Below, one piece after another: positions 22,545-31,499 of a stretch of 56,469 bases of DNA. Source of the DNA: Oscillospiraceae bacterium. GTDB taxonomy: Bacteria; Bacillota; Clostridia; Oscillospirales; Oscillospiraceae. Location of the stretch: assembly GCA_045642545.1 (NCBI GenBank), contig JAZUJB010000096.1, forward strand, positions 1-56,469. Direction: 5' to 3'. The notes beneath the pieces were generated by a model, which did no database searches, was not told the origin of the DNA, and saw only the letters and a program-made list of their open reading frames with translations. Every line of letters begins with the position of its first letter. Within the stretch, counting starts at the first letter, position 1. The translations under genes and the position numbers were made by a program.

Positions 22545-22577
22545 ATATGCACCACCGTAGGTGGTGCATATTTTTTG
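22545..22577 (+). terminator. Intrinsic terminator
   Basis: Stem ATATGCACCACC/GGTGGTGCATAT followed by T6. Confidence 0.85.
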
Positions 22578-22621
22578 CGTTCGGGCATAGTCTTGTACAA
22601 AAAGCAAAGGAGTAATAGACT

Positions 22622-22906
22622 ATGGCATATGATGAAAAAACAAAGGCGGCAGCAAAGCCTCATTCGCTGAGTATGGACGACAGATGCAGACTGTCGGTAA
22701 CGGGTGTTGACGATGTTGAGAGCTTTGACGAAACGGTGATAGTTATGAACACCTCGCAGGGCAATCTCATTGTACGCGGCAGCGGACTGCACATCGGCAA
22801 GATTAGTCTTGATATCGGTGAGCTCAAGGTCGAGGGCCTGATAACAGACCTGAGCTACGAGGAGAAAACTCAGTCGGGCGGCTTTTGGGCAAGACTATTC
22901 GGCTAA
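22622..22906 (+). CDS. yabP: Sporulation protein YabP
   Basis: YabP pattern (L.V.GV..V.SFD...I...T..G.L.V.G..L.I) and the conserved yabP-yabQ-divIC-yabR order. Confidence 0.85.
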   Translation: MAYDEKTKAAAKPHSLSMDDRCRLSVTGVDDVESFDETVIVMNTSQGNLIVRGSGLHIGKISLDIGELKVEGLITDLSYEEKTQSGGFWARLFG

Positions 22907-23428
22907 ATGGAGCTCAGCGTAAAATATCAGCTGTTTCAGCTTGCGTGCTCGTGTCTTGTCGGGCTTGCGTCAGGCGTAATATACGATTTTTTCAGAGTGT
23001 TAAGGCGCAGGCTTAAGGCCGCTGCGATGCTTGACGGCCTATTCTGGATTGCGATGCTTCTTACGCTTTTTACGCTCGGAATGGATATCGGAGAGGGCTC
23101 GCTGCACATCTTTATGCTTGCCTTCACGGTGCTCGGCTTTGCGAGCTATATGATTTTATTCAGCAGCGCGATTCTGACTTTGTTCAACAAAATTGCGGAG
23201 CTTATTGAGGCCCTGCTTCGGCCAGTCAGAAAACTTTCGGGAAAATTTCTGCAAGTCGTCAAAAATCTCTTTTCAAAAGCAAAATCAAGGTTTAGAATAA
23301 AAACAACAAAAGACAGGAAAGGCAGGCGCAAGACGGTTGAAGAGGTCCCGCGGAATAACGGGGATAATTCTGACAGTGCTGCTTGTGTACGCTACCCTGA
23401 GCCTCGCCGCCGCGCAGAAGGACCTTAA
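22907..23428 (+). CDS. yabQ: Spore cortex biosynthesis protein YabQ
   Basis: Small polytopic membrane protein immediately after yabP. The basic C-terminal tail overlaps divIC by 92 nt in another frame. Confidence 0.7.
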   Translation: MELSVKYQLFQLACSCLVGLASGVIYDFFRVLRRRLKAAAMLDGLFWIAMLLTLFTLGMDIGEGSLHIFMLAFTVLGFASYMILFSSAILTLFNKIAELIEALLRPVRKLSGKFLQVVKNLFSKAKSRFRIKTTKDRKGRRKTVEEVPRNNGDNSDSAACVRYPEPRRRAEGP

Positions 23429-23606
23429 CGCCGCGCTCGATATGACAGCGCAGCTAAGTGATAAGGTCGCGGAGGTAAGCGCCGAAAATGAGAAGCTGCT
23501 CGATGAGCTTGAAAACATTTCAAGCGAAGAGGCGAAGGAAAGCCTTGCGCGCGAGCGGCTCGGTCTGGTTAAGCCCAACGAAATAATATTTGTAGATATA
23601 AACTGA
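23337..23606 (+). CDS. divIC: Septum formation initiator family protein (DivIC/FtsB)
   Basis: N-terminal TM helix plus a coiled coil, ending ...ARERLGLVKPNEIIF. Confidence 0.8.
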   Translation: MKRSRGITGIILTVLLVYATLSLAAAQKDLNAALDMTAQLSDKVAEVSAENEKLLDELENISSEEAKESLARERLGLVKPNEIIFVDIN

Positions 23607-23630
23607 AAACATACGGGGGATAAAGCATTT

Positions 23631-24032
23631 ATGCAGCTTGAAACGGGAGCAGTGCTCGAGGGTAAGGTTACGGGTATAACCAAATTCGGTGCATTCGTAG
23701 GTCTGCCGGGGGATAAAAGCGGACTTGTGCACATTTCGGAAATCGCCAACAGCTATGTAAGCGACATCAATGAGCACCTTAAGGTCGGTCAGACGGTCAA
23801 GGTGAAGGTTATCGGCATCAATGACGGCAAGATTAATCTGTCCATCAAGAAGGCAGAGGAGACTCAGCCTGCACCGAAGCCGAGAAAATCCGCACCGCAG
23901 CGCAGTAATGCGCAGGCTGACGGCGGAGATAACTTTGAGGACAAGCTCAAAAAGTTCATGCAGGAGTCAGACAGCCGCATTGCAGGCAATCCTATGTATG
24001 CTGACAGAGGCAAATCCCGCAGAAGAAGATAA
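23631..24032 (+). CDS. yabR: S1 RNA-binding domain protein (YabR / general stress protein 13-like)
   Basis: S1 motif: GKVTGITKFGAFVGLPGDKSGLVHISEI...VKVKVIGI. Confidence 0.88.
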   Translation: MQLETGAVLEGKVTGITKFGAFVGLPGDKSGLVHISEIANSYVSDINEHLKVGQTVKVKVIGINDGKINLSIKKAEETQPAPKPRKSAPQRSNAQADGGDNFEDKLKKFMQESDSRIAGNPMYADRGKSRRRR

Positions 24033-24034
24033 CA

Positions 24035-24062
24035 AAAAGCAGCCCTTTGGGCTGCTTTTTTG
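24035..24062 (+). terminator. Intrinsic terminator of the yabP operon
   Basis: Stem AAAAAGCAGCCC/GGGCTGCTTTTT. Confidence 0.85.
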
Positions 24063-24096
24063 CTGTTAGGGACTGAAATTTCAGGTATTGCGGATT

Positions 24097-24541
24097 TGCA
24101 GGAGAAAATTGCAGGCAAAAACACCGTGCGATATTTTTGCCTGCTTTTCTGTATGGATTTAACGAAAATTTGCATAGGATGGCTGCACTTGTGAATTTTG
24201 AAGCAAAAAAATGCTTGCAAAACCTCGCAAAATGCAGGAATAATGCATAATATGCCTGCAAAATCTGCATATGAAATTTCAAAAGCATAAATCCTGCAAG
24301 TTGACTTGCATAAGCAAAACTGCAAACTTGCATTTTTCATTCGTATTCTGGCAATCAAAGGCTCAAAATGAATAATGCATAAAATCGCGCGTCAAAATTC
24401 AAAAATTGAATTTGCGTTTTTTGAAAGATTACAAAAAGAAAATGCAAAACAAAATTTACTGTGCAAATTGCACATATACAGATTTGCCGAGATGAAGAAA
24501 GTTGTTGATTTTTCAGATAAAAGCAATATACTGAAACTGCA
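24097..24541. repeat. Non-coding island of degenerate TGCA-core repeats (YTGCAWA)
   Basis: I count 18 TGCA tetramers in about 445 bp. Nine of them lie in 24216-24332 at roughly 8-13 bp spacing. Palindromes CTGAAATTTCAG (24073-84) and TGTGCA-AAT-TGCACA (24460-74) are also present. Confidence 0.7.
24111..24150. terminator. Second terminator-like hairpin
   Basis: Stem GCAGGCAAAAA/TTTTTGCCTGC with a 12-nt loop, then TTTTCT. Confidence 0.45.
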
Positions 24542-24586
24542 AGCAGGAATTAATCCTGAGCAGAAAATGAAAGGGGATCTACAATT

Positions 24587-24667
24587 ATGGTAGCAGGACT
24601 CGGAATTTTTGGTGCAGCATATCTGGCAGGCATGGTCTGGATGACCGTAAAGGGCATGGAAGACTGA
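24587..24667 (+). CDS. Candidate unannotated 26-aa hydrophobic small protein (MVAGLGIFGAAYLAGMVWMTVKGMED)
   Basis: The ATG is preceded by AAGGGGA with a 10-nt spacer. A putative promoter TTGATT-16-TATACT lies at 24505-32, and a dedicated terminator at 24703-27. Confidence 0.4.
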   Translation: MVAGLGIFGAAYLAGMVWMTVKGMED

Positions 24668-24702
24668 TTTAGCTTGATTTAATAAATACAGTTAAAGAAA
24701 AA

Positions 24703-24727
24703 GGCAGTCGTACAGACTGCCTTTTTC
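24703..24727 (+). terminator. Intrinsic terminator after the small ORF
   Basis: Stem GGCAGTC/GACTGCC with loop GTACA, followed by T5. Confidence 0.7.
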
Positions 24728-24756
24728 TTGCGTTAAGACGCAACTGAGTGTATACT
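24728..24756 (+). promoter_or_regulatory. Sigma-A promoter placed so the rluA-family mRNA would be leaderless
   Basis: TTGCGT, 17 nt, TATACT. The -10 ends 7 nt before the ATG at 24764, and no SD is present. Confidence 0.45.
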
Positions 24757-24763
24757 TGCTTGT

Positions 24764-25741
24764 ATGAAAGAGTTAACGATAAAAAAGAATGATGCAGGGC
24801 AGCGCCTTGACCGCTTTGTCGGCAAGGCAGTGCCGCTTTTGCCCGAAGCACTGCTGCAGAAGTATATCCGCATTAAGCGCATAAAGCTAAACGGCAAGGG
24901 CGCAAAGCGCGACACAAGGCTCAATGAGGGCGATGTGCTGCAGCTGTATATAAACGATGAGTTCTTCGAAAAGCCGAGAGAGGAAAACTCCTACCTCAAG
25001 GTCGGAACACCTAAGCTGAATATTGTCTATGAGGACGAGAATATTCTGCTTGCGGATAAAAAGCCGGGTGTTCTCTGCCACAGTGCAGGTCAGTGGGATT
25101 ACAATACCCTCATTGCAAACATTCAGGCATATATGGCGCAGAAGGGCGAGTGGAAGCCCAAGGAGGAAAACTCGTTTGCGCCCGCATTGTGCAACCGCAT
25201 TGACCGCAATACCGGCGGCATTGTAATTGCGGCGAAGAATGCCGAGGCACTGCGAATACTCAATGACAAGATACGCGACCGCGAGATTGAAAAATACTAT
25301 CTGTGCGCGGTGCAGGGCAGACCTAAGCCCGCTCAGGGCAGGTTAGAGAACTATCTGTTCAAGGACGCGGCAAAAAATCAGGTGTATGTCAAAAACCGCT
25401 TCGAGCAGGGCGCAAAGACTGCGATTACCGAGTACAGACTCATAGCCTCAAAGGGTGCGCTTTCGCTCGTTGAGTGCAGACTGCTCACGGGTCGCACGCA
25501 TCAGATAAGAGCGCAGATGGCGCATTTCGGTTGTCCGCTTCTTGGCGACGGCAAATACGGCAGCGAGCGCTTTAACCGTGATTATGGCGAAAAGGGACAG
25601 GCTCTGTATTCCTACAAGCTCGAGTTTGCGTTCCCCACGGATGCGGGCTGCCTGGAGTATCTGCGAGGCAAAAAATTCAGCGTACAGAGTGTCGATTTTG
25701 CCGAAAAGTATTTCGGAATTACGGATTTGAACAGTCTGTGA
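24764..25741 (+). CDS. RluA-family 23S rRNA pseudouridine synthase (RluC/RluD-like) with S4 domain
   Basis: N-terminal S4 domain (GQRLDRFV), the catalytic region NRIDRNTGGIVIAAK, and HQIRAQMAHFGCPLLGDGKYG. Confidence 0.88.
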   Translation: MKELTIKKNDAGQRLDRFVGKAVPLLPEALLQKYIRIKRIKLNGKGAKRDTRLNEGDVLQLYINDEFFEKPREENSYLKVGTPKLNIVYEDENILLADKKPGVLCHSAGQWDYNTLIANIQAYMAQKGEWKPKEENSFAPALCNRIDRNTGGIVIAAKNAEALRILNDKIRDREIEKYYLCAVQGRPKPAQGRLENYLFKDAAKNQVYVKNRFEQGAKTAITEYRLIASKGALSLVECRLLTGRTHQIRAQMAHFGCPLLGDGKYGSERFNRDYGEKGQALYSYKLEFAFPTDAGCLEYLRGKKFSVQSVDFAEKYFGITDLNSL

Positions 25742-25781
25742 GCCGTGCGCAAAAAAATGTGACGAATTTTAGGAATTTTTA

Positions 25782-25810
25782 TTGACTTTCCAATGTATTA
25801 TCTGTATATT
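25782..25810 (+). promoter_or_regulatory. Sigma-A promoter of potABCD
   Basis: TTGACT, 17 nt, TATATT. Confidence 0.55.
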
Positions 25811-25891
25811 GTACTCGTCTGCAAAGGACGCTCCGGAAGCAGTTTCGGAGCGTCCTTTGCACTCTATATAAAGAGAAATGGGGGAGGATAA

Positions 25892-27061
25892 ATGTCCAAA
25901 GAACTCATTCGCCTTGTGAATTGTCAAATGGCGTTTGACGAAGAGATCGTTTTAAACGATATTAACCTTTATTTCAACGATAAGGAATTCCTCACACTGC
26001 TGGGTCCCTCCGGATGCGGCAAGACAACCACGCTCAGAATTATCGGCGGTTTCATCAAGCCCACGAGCGGAGATGTGTTCTTTGACGGTGAGAGGATTAA
26101 TGATGTCCCGCCTCATAAGAGAAAGGTAAACACTGTTTTCCAGAAGTATGCGCTGTTCCCGCACCTTGATGTGTACGAGAATGTCGCCTTCGGTCTGCGT
26201 ATTGCAAAGCTGCCGGAGGACGAGATTGACGAGCGCGTAACGGAAATGCTTGAGATTGTCAGCCTGAAGGGCTTTGAAAATCGCAAGGTATCGCAGCTGT
26301 CGGGTGGACAGCAGCAGCGTGTTGCCATTGCCAGAGCGCTTGTAAACAGACCTAAGGTTCTGCTTCTTGACGAGCCGCTCGGCGCACTTGACCTGCGTCT
26401 GCGTAAGGATATGCAGAACGAGCTCAAGCGCATTCAGCAGGCGATGGGCATTACTTTTATATATGTCACTCATGACCAGGAGGAAGCACTGTCCATGTCC
26501 GACACCGTCGTCGTCATGGATAAGGGTAGAATCCAGCAGATAGGCACACCCGAGGATATTTATAACGAGCCGAAAAACGCCTTCGTTGCGGACTTCATCG
26601 GCGAGAGTAATATTCTTGACGGCGTTATGCTTGAGGACCGCCTTGTGAAGTTCTTCGGACGCAAGTTCAAGTGCGTTGACGCAGGCTTTGAGAAGAACGA
26701 GCCGGTCGATGTTGTCATTCGTCCCGAGGATATCGACATTGTACCCGCCGATAGCGGACATCTGTGCGGCACTGTTACAAGCGTAACCTTCAAGGGCGTG
26801 CATTACGATACGATAGTTGACTTCATGGGCTTCAAGTGGCTCATTCAGACCACCGATTTCCACGAGGTAGGCTCATATATCGGTATTCGCCTTGAGCCCG
26901 AGGATATCCACATCATGCATAAGAGCGAGTACTCGGGTATGTTCGGCGACTACAGCTCCTACTCCGAGGAATACGACGAGATGGACGACCCCGAGCTCTA
27001 TCCTGAGGGCACTGAGGACGAGGCAGAGGAAGCTGCGGAGGACGGCGAAGATGAAGAGTAA
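25892..27061 (+). CDS. potA: Spermidine/putrescine ABC transporter ATP-binding protein PotA
   Basis: Walker [25 protein letters not shown], a TOBE-like C-terminal domain, and an unusual ~45-aa highly acidic tail. Confidence 0.9.
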   Translation: MSKELIRLVNCQMAFDEEIVLNDINLYFNDKEFLTLLGPSGCGKTTTLRIIGGFIKPTSGDVFFDGERINDVPPHKRKVNTVFQKYALFPHLDVYENVAFGLRIAKLPEDEIDERVTEMLEIVSLKGFENRKVSQLSGGQQQRVAIARALVNRPKVLLLDEPLGALDLRLRKDMQNELKRIQQAMGITFIYVTHDQEEALSMSDTVVVMDKGRIQQIGTPEDIYNEPKNAFVADFIGESNILDGVMLEDRLVKFFGRKFKCVDAGFEKNEPVDVVIRPEDIDIVPADSGHLCGTVTSVTFKGVHYDTIVDFMGFKWLIQTTDFHEVGSYIGIRLEPEDIHIMHKSEYSGMFGDYSSYSEEYDEMDDPELYPEGTEDEAEEAAEDGEDEE

Positions 27062-27860
27062 GTCACTTGCCGCACCTTATCTTGTGTGGATGGCGCTGTT
27101 CACCGTAATACCGCTTGCAATAGTGGCTTATTACGCGTTTACGGACTCCCAGACGGGTGAATTTACGCTCGCAAATATTGCCAACCTCGGCAACTATATG
27201 CCCATTCTAATCAAGAGCATCTGGCTTGCGCTCATATCCTCGGCCATATGCCTTGTAATCGGCTACCCCGTTGCGTATTACATAGCAGGCTGCAAGGAAA
27301 CGACACAGCGCTTTCTGTATATGCTCGTTATGCTTCCTATGTGCATAAGCTTCCTTCTGCGCACTCTCGCATGGGTTGCGCTGACGGAGGATACGGGCAT
27401 TATCAACAACTTCATAACCGCGCTCGGCCTTGAGCCGCTGCCGCTTATCCGCAATAACGGCGCGGTTGTGCTCGGCATGGTGTATAACTACCTGCCGTAT
27501 ATGATAATGCCGCTTTACACGGTTATTATGAAGATTGACAAGCGTCTTGTTGAGGCTGCCGAGGACCTCGGCTGCAACAGCGCAAATGTGTTCAAGCGCG
27601 TCATTCTGCCGTTGTCCGCACCCGGAATTATCTCCGGCTTCACAATGGTTTTTGTCCCTGCGGTTTCAACCTTCTACATCTCTCAGAAGCTCGGCTCATC
27701 GGGTACAACACTCATCGGCGATGTAATCGAAAGCCAGTTCAAAACCGCATATAACCCCAATCTCGGTGCAGCACTCAGCCTCATTCTGATGGTTATGATA
27801 TTCATCTGCATCGGCGTTATGAACCGCTTCGGCGATGACGAGGAGGTAGTAACGGTATGA
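27051..27860 (+). CDS. potB: Spermidine/putrescine ABC transporter permease PotB
   Basis: BPD-type permease with an EAA loop (EAAEDLGC). The start at 27051 (MKSKSL) has GGAGGA upstream and overlaps the potA stop. Confidence 0.88.
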   Translation: MKSKSLAAPYLVWMALFTVIPLAIVAYYAFTDSQTGEFTLANIANLGNYMPILIKSIWLALISSAICLVIGYPVAYYIAGCKETTQRFLYMLVMLPMCISFLLRTLAWVALTEDTGIINNFITALGLEPLPLIRNNGAVVLGMVYNYLPYMIMPLYTVIMKIDKRLVEAAEDLGCNSANVFKRVILPLSAPGIISGFTMVFVPAVSTFYISQKLGSSGTTLIGDVIESQFKTAYNPNLGAALSLILMVMIFICIGVMNRFGDDEEVVTV

Positions 27861-28690
27861 AAAAATTCAACGGAGCATTCACCGTAATCGTGCTGCTGTT
27901 TCTGTACATACCGATGATAGTTCTCGGTGTTGCATCGTTCAACAGCGGTATGGATATCGCGGTGTTCAAGAGCTTTACCTTCGACAACTATAAGGAGCTT
28001 TTCCGCGACAGCGTGCTTCTTCCGCTGCTGCTCAACTCCGTAATAGTCGCAGTGCTGTCAAGCCTTGTCGCAACGGTTATCGGCACCTGCGCCGCGCTCG
28101 GCATACACTCAATGGGACCGCGCCTTCGCAGATTTACAATGGGCGTTACCAACATTCCGCTTACAAACCCCGAGATTGTAACGGGTGTTTCACTCGCACT
28201 GCTGTTTGCCTTTGTCGGCACGATGATGAAGATAAACAATATTCTCGGCTTTGCAACGCTGCTTATTGCCCATATCACCTTCAATCTGCCGTATGTAATT
28301 CTGTCGGTTATGCCGAAGCTTCAGCAGATGGACCCCAATCTCAGCGAAGCGGCAATGGACCTCGGCTGCACGCCGTTCCAGGCGTTCTACAAGGTTGTCA
28401 TTCACGAGATTACACCGGGCATAATATCCGGCGCACTCATGGCGTTCACAATGAGTCTTGATGACTTCGTAATCAGCTATTTCGTCTACGGCCCGAGATT
28501 CGTAACCCTGCCCGTAGAGATTTACAACTACACCAAAAAGCCGCTCCAGCCCAAGATTTACGCACTGTTCACGCTGCTGTTTGCGGCAATCCTGATTGTC
28601 ATGGTGCTTATGAATCTGCTGCAGGAGAAGGACCTTAAGCGAGCAAATGCAAACCGCCGCGCCTTCCGCAGAAAGCAGGTGGGAGCATGA
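27857..28690 (+). CDS. potC: Spermidine/putrescine ABC transporter permease PotC
   Basis: BPD-type permease with an EAA loop (EAAMDLGC). Start and stop overlap the neighbouring genes. Confidence 0.88.
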   Translation: MKKFNGAFTVIVLLFLYIPMIVLGVASFNSGMDIAVFKSFTFDNYKELFRDSVLLPLLLNSVIVAVLSSLVATVIGTCAALGIHSMGPRLRRFTMGVTNIPLTNPEIVTGVSLALLFAFVGTMMKINNILGFATLLIAHITFNLPYVILSVMPKLQQMDPNLSEAAMDLGCTPFQAFYKVVIHEITPGIISGALMAFTMSLDDFVISYFVYGPRFVTLPVEIYNYTKKPLQPKIYALFTLLFAAILIVMVLMNLLQEKDLKRANANRRAFRRKQVGA

Positions 28691-29877
28691 AAAGACTTTT
28701 GCCTTTAATTCTGTGCATAGTCCTTATGCTCAGCATTCTGCCCGTGTCCGCATCGGCAGAGCCCGTAACGATTAATGTCTACAACTGGGGACAGTATATT
28801 TCCGATGGTACAGACAACTATATAGATGTCAACAAGGCATTTACCGAGGCAACGGGCATCGAGGTCAATTACATGACCTTCGACTCGAACGAAACCATGT
28901 ACACCAAGCTCAAAACGGGCGGCAGCACATACGATGTCATCATTCCCTCGGACTATATGATTGCAAGACTCATAGACGAGGGTATGCTCGAGGAGCTTGA
29001 TTACGACAATATCCCCAACTATGCTCTCGTAGACGAGGCATACAAGAATACGGCATTCGACCCCGAAAACAAGTACACCGTGCCTTACACATGGGGCACT
29101 GTCGGACTTATCTACAACACGAAGTATGTCGACGAAGCGGATATCGGCTCGTGGGATTTGCTGTGGAACAGCAAGTATTCGGGCAAAATTCTGATGTTCG
29201 ACAATCCCCGCGATGCTTTTGCAATCTCCGAGCTGCTGCTTGGTATGAGCATCAACACCGAGGATGAGGACGAGCTTCGAAGCGCAGCCTATAAGCTCAT
29301 CGAGCAGAAGCCTCTGGTGCAGAGCTATGTAATGGACCAGATATTCGACAAGATGGAGCGCGAGGAGGCGTGGATTGCACCCTACTACGCAGGCGACTAT
29401 CTGCTGATGGCAGAGGAGAACGAAAACCTTGCGTTCTATTTCCCCAAGGAGGGCTTCAACCTCTTTATAGACGCAATGTGCATACCCAAGGGCTGTCAGA
29501 ATAAAGCCGCGGCGGAGGCGTATATAAACTTCCTGTGCGCTGCTGATATCTCCGGGCAGAACCTTGATTACCTCGGCTACTCGACTCCTGTTTCCGCAGC
29601 AAAGGAGTATATGGACCCCGACACGGTGGCAAGCGAGATTGCCTATCCCGATGCGGAAACACTCAGCAGAGGCTCGGCGTTTTCATTCCTGCAGACCGAA
29701 ACAAGCCAGCTTATGGACTCTCTGTGGCTTGAGGTAAAAACTCAGGGCAGCGTTGATACCTACGCAATTGTGTGCATGGCGGCTGTCGTGGTCGGCCTTG
29801 CGGCATATTTCGCAATCCACGGAATACGCAAGAAAAAGCGCATCGCAAACCGCTGCAAGAAGTGGAAGCAACAGTAA
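28687..29877 (+). CDS. potD: Spermidine/putrescine-binding protein PotD with a C-terminal TM anchor
   Basis: Cleavable signal peptide (VSASA-EP), PotD-like motifs (NVYNWGQYI, VIIPSDYM), and a C-terminal hydrophobic helix followed by a KKKR tail. Confidence 0.85.
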   Translation: MKRLLPLILCIVLMLSILPVSASAEPVTINVYNWGQYISDGTDNYIDVNKAFTEATGIEVNYMTFDSNETMYTKLKTGGSTYDVIIPSDYMIARLIDEGMLEELDYDNIPNYALVDEAYKNTAFDPENKYTVPYTWGTVGLIYNTKYVDEADIGSWDLLWNSKYSGKILMFDNPRDAFAISELLLGMSINTEDEDELRSAAYKLIEQKPLVQSYVMDQIFDKMEREEAWIAPYYAGDYLLMAEENENLAFYFPKEGFNLFIDAMCIPKGCQNKAAAEAYINFLCAADISGQNLDYLGYSTPVSAAKEYMDPDTVASEIAYPDAETLSRGSAFSFLQTETSQLMDSLWLEVKTQGSVDTYAIVCMAAVVVGLAAYFAIHGIRKKKRIANRCKKWKQQ

Positions 29878-29915
29878 TAAAAAAGCACTCTCAACAAAGT
29901 TGAGAGTGCTTTTTA
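29876..29915. terminator. Bidirectional terminator between potD and sigE
   Basis: 15-bp stem AAAAGCACTCTCAAC/GTTGAGAGTGCTTTT. Confidence 0.85.
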
Positions 29916-30623
29916 CTGCATCTGACGCAGCATTTCGCGCCTTAAGCGGACGATTATTCGCTTTTCGAGTCGGCTTATGTAGCTTTGCGAAATGCCCATC
30001 ATATCGGCAACCTCCTTTTGCGTAAGCTCGTTATGACCGTTGAGCCCGAAGCGGAGGATTATAATATCGCGCTCGCGCTCGTTGAGCGTGGCTATTGCCG
30101 TCATAAGCATCTGCTTGTCGGCATCGTCCTCGAGCGGCCTGCAAACCTCGTCATCGTCAGTGCCGAGAACATCGGAAAGCAGCAGCTCGTTGCCGTCCCA
30201 GTCGGTGTTAAGCGGCTCGTCAAAGCTGACCTCGGTGCGCTGATTGCTGACCTTGCGCAGATACATTAAAATTTCGTTTTCTATGCAGCGTGAGGCGTAT
30301 GTGGCAAGCTTTATGTTCTTTGCCGACTTGAAGGTGTTTATAGCCTTGATAAGCCCTATCGTGCCGATTGAAATGAGGTCCTCAAGATTGAGTCCCGTGT
30401 TTTCAAAGCGTCTTGAGATGTACACAACAAGGCGCAGATTGTGCTCTGTCAGAAGCTGACGGGCCTTTTCGTCGCCTGCCTCCATTGCGGCAATTGCGGC
30501 CTCCTCGTCATCGCGCTCAAGCGGGGGAGGCAGAATGTCGCTGCCGCCTATGTAGAAGATGTCCGCAGGCGCGGGGGACAGATGCCTTTCAAGCCAGTCC
30601 TTAATAAGCTTAACTATGCTCAT
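29913..30623 (-). CDS. sigE: Sporulation sigma factor SigE (pro-sigma-E)
   Basis: Close to B. subtilis SigE: [45 protein letters not shown], and [19 protein letters not shown]. It lies directly downstream of spoIIGA. Confidence 0.92.
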   Translation of the reverse strand: MSIVKLIKDWLERHLSPAPADIFYIGGSDILPPPLERDDEEAAIAAMEAGDEKARQLLTEHNLRLVVYISRRFENTGLNLEDLISIGTIGLIKAINTFKSAKNIKLATYASRCIENEILMYLRKVSNQRTEVSFDEPLNTDWDGNELLLSDVLGTDDDEVCRPLEDDADKQMLMTAIATLNERERDIIILRFGLNGHNELTQKEVADMMGISQSYISRLEKRIIVRLRREMLRQMQ

Positions 30624-30634
30624 ATGTACTCCTT

Positions 30635-31453
30635 TCAGATAATGCAGTCAAAGCCGTCACCGCAAATTGCGGTAGGGGAGATTGCGGCAATGAGGTCATC
30701 GCGCAAGACTCCGTCGACAGTAACGCTGTCGGGCCTGAAGGCCGGCAGAAGCCCCGAGGCCGTCCCGACGGCACAGTAGGGGATTAGTCGTAAGCGACCT
30801 GCAAATTCGGGCACGGTGATAATATCCGCGGCGTTGCCGCTTTTAAGAAGCTCAGTGCGCTCTGCAAAAATCGGCGCAAGACTCTCGGCACTGCAAATTA
30901 TAACCTCGCAGTTAGTCAAGGGGTCATAAAGACTGTTGCCGCTGTCGGAAAGCGCGCGAAGCTGAACGCACCTGCCCATAAACTCAATGCGCACATCGAA
31001 AACTTTTTTGTCCGCACCCTTGAGCGTCCTGCGGAAAACAAGACTAAGCGCACCGTAAATTACCGCAAAGGACAGCACGAGTATGGGCATTGAAACGGGT
31101 ATGTAAACCAAGCTTTTGAGGTTTGAACCGCTTTGAACGGATATTGCCCACACCGCACCGCCGAACAGCGCCGATACCGCGAAGAATACAAGCGTGCAGC
31201 GCAATATCCTTTTCTCTTTTCCGAACGCAATTACCGCCATAGCAATGCCGACTGCAAGCTTGAGCGGGAGCAGCGTCAGAAATACAAGGCTCGGTATAAC
31301 AGACATTGCGGCGTAGGCAGCGCCCAGTAGTGCGCCGAAAAGGTAGCGCCACCTGCGAAGCATAAGCCCGCATACCCTTGCGGTGCCGAGCAGAATGAGA
31401 TAATCAATTATTAGGTTGAGAATGAACAAACGGTCTATGTAGATTGTCTCCAT
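30635..31453 (-). CDS. spoIIGA: Sigma-E processing peptidase SpoIIGA
   Basis: N-terminal polytopic membrane domain ([18 protein letters not shown]) and a C-terminal aspartic-protease-like region (ALSDSGNSL). The start is uncertain (31453 or 31492). Confidence 0.85.
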   Translation of the reverse strand: METIYIDRLFILNLIIDYLILLGTARVCGLMLRRWRYLFGALLGAAYAAMSVIPSLVFLTLLPLKLAVGIAMAVIAFGKEKRILRCTLVFFAVSALFGGAVWAISVQSGSNLKSLVYIPVSMPILVLSFAVIYGALSLVFRRTLKGADKKVFDVRIEFMGRCVQLRALSDSGNSLYDPLTNCEVIICSAESLAPIFAERTELLKSGNAADIITVPEFAGRLRLIPYCAVGTASGLLPAFRPDSVTVDGVLRDDLIAAISPTAICGDGFDCII

Positions 31454-31499
31454 GCGAAAATTATAAGCCTGCCTCGGCGCATAATTTGTCATTTATTAA

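Noticed and set aside
23337-23428. The 92-nt out-of-frame overlap between yabQ and divIC, considered as a possible frameshift or pseudogene signal.
   Set aside because: Both frames give sensible products. The YabQ TM core lies upstream of the overlap, and DivIC needs its N-terminal TM helix, which is encoded in the overlap. The exact yabQ stop is simply uncertain.
23864-24593. Track ORFs inside the TGCA island: 23864-24358(-), 23992-24333(-) and 24375-24593(+).
   Set aside because: The peptides are repetitive (driven by the TGCA/GCAAA repeats) and lack an SD. One overlaps the yabR 3' end and terminator. The region is better explained as non-coding repeat DNA.
25766-25781. TTTTAGGAATTT upstream of the potA -35, considered as a third CymR-like box.
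   Set aside because: Only the GGAATT core and flanking T residues match. The 5' two-thirds of the 27-nt consensus fits poorly, and there is no functional link to sulfur metabolism.
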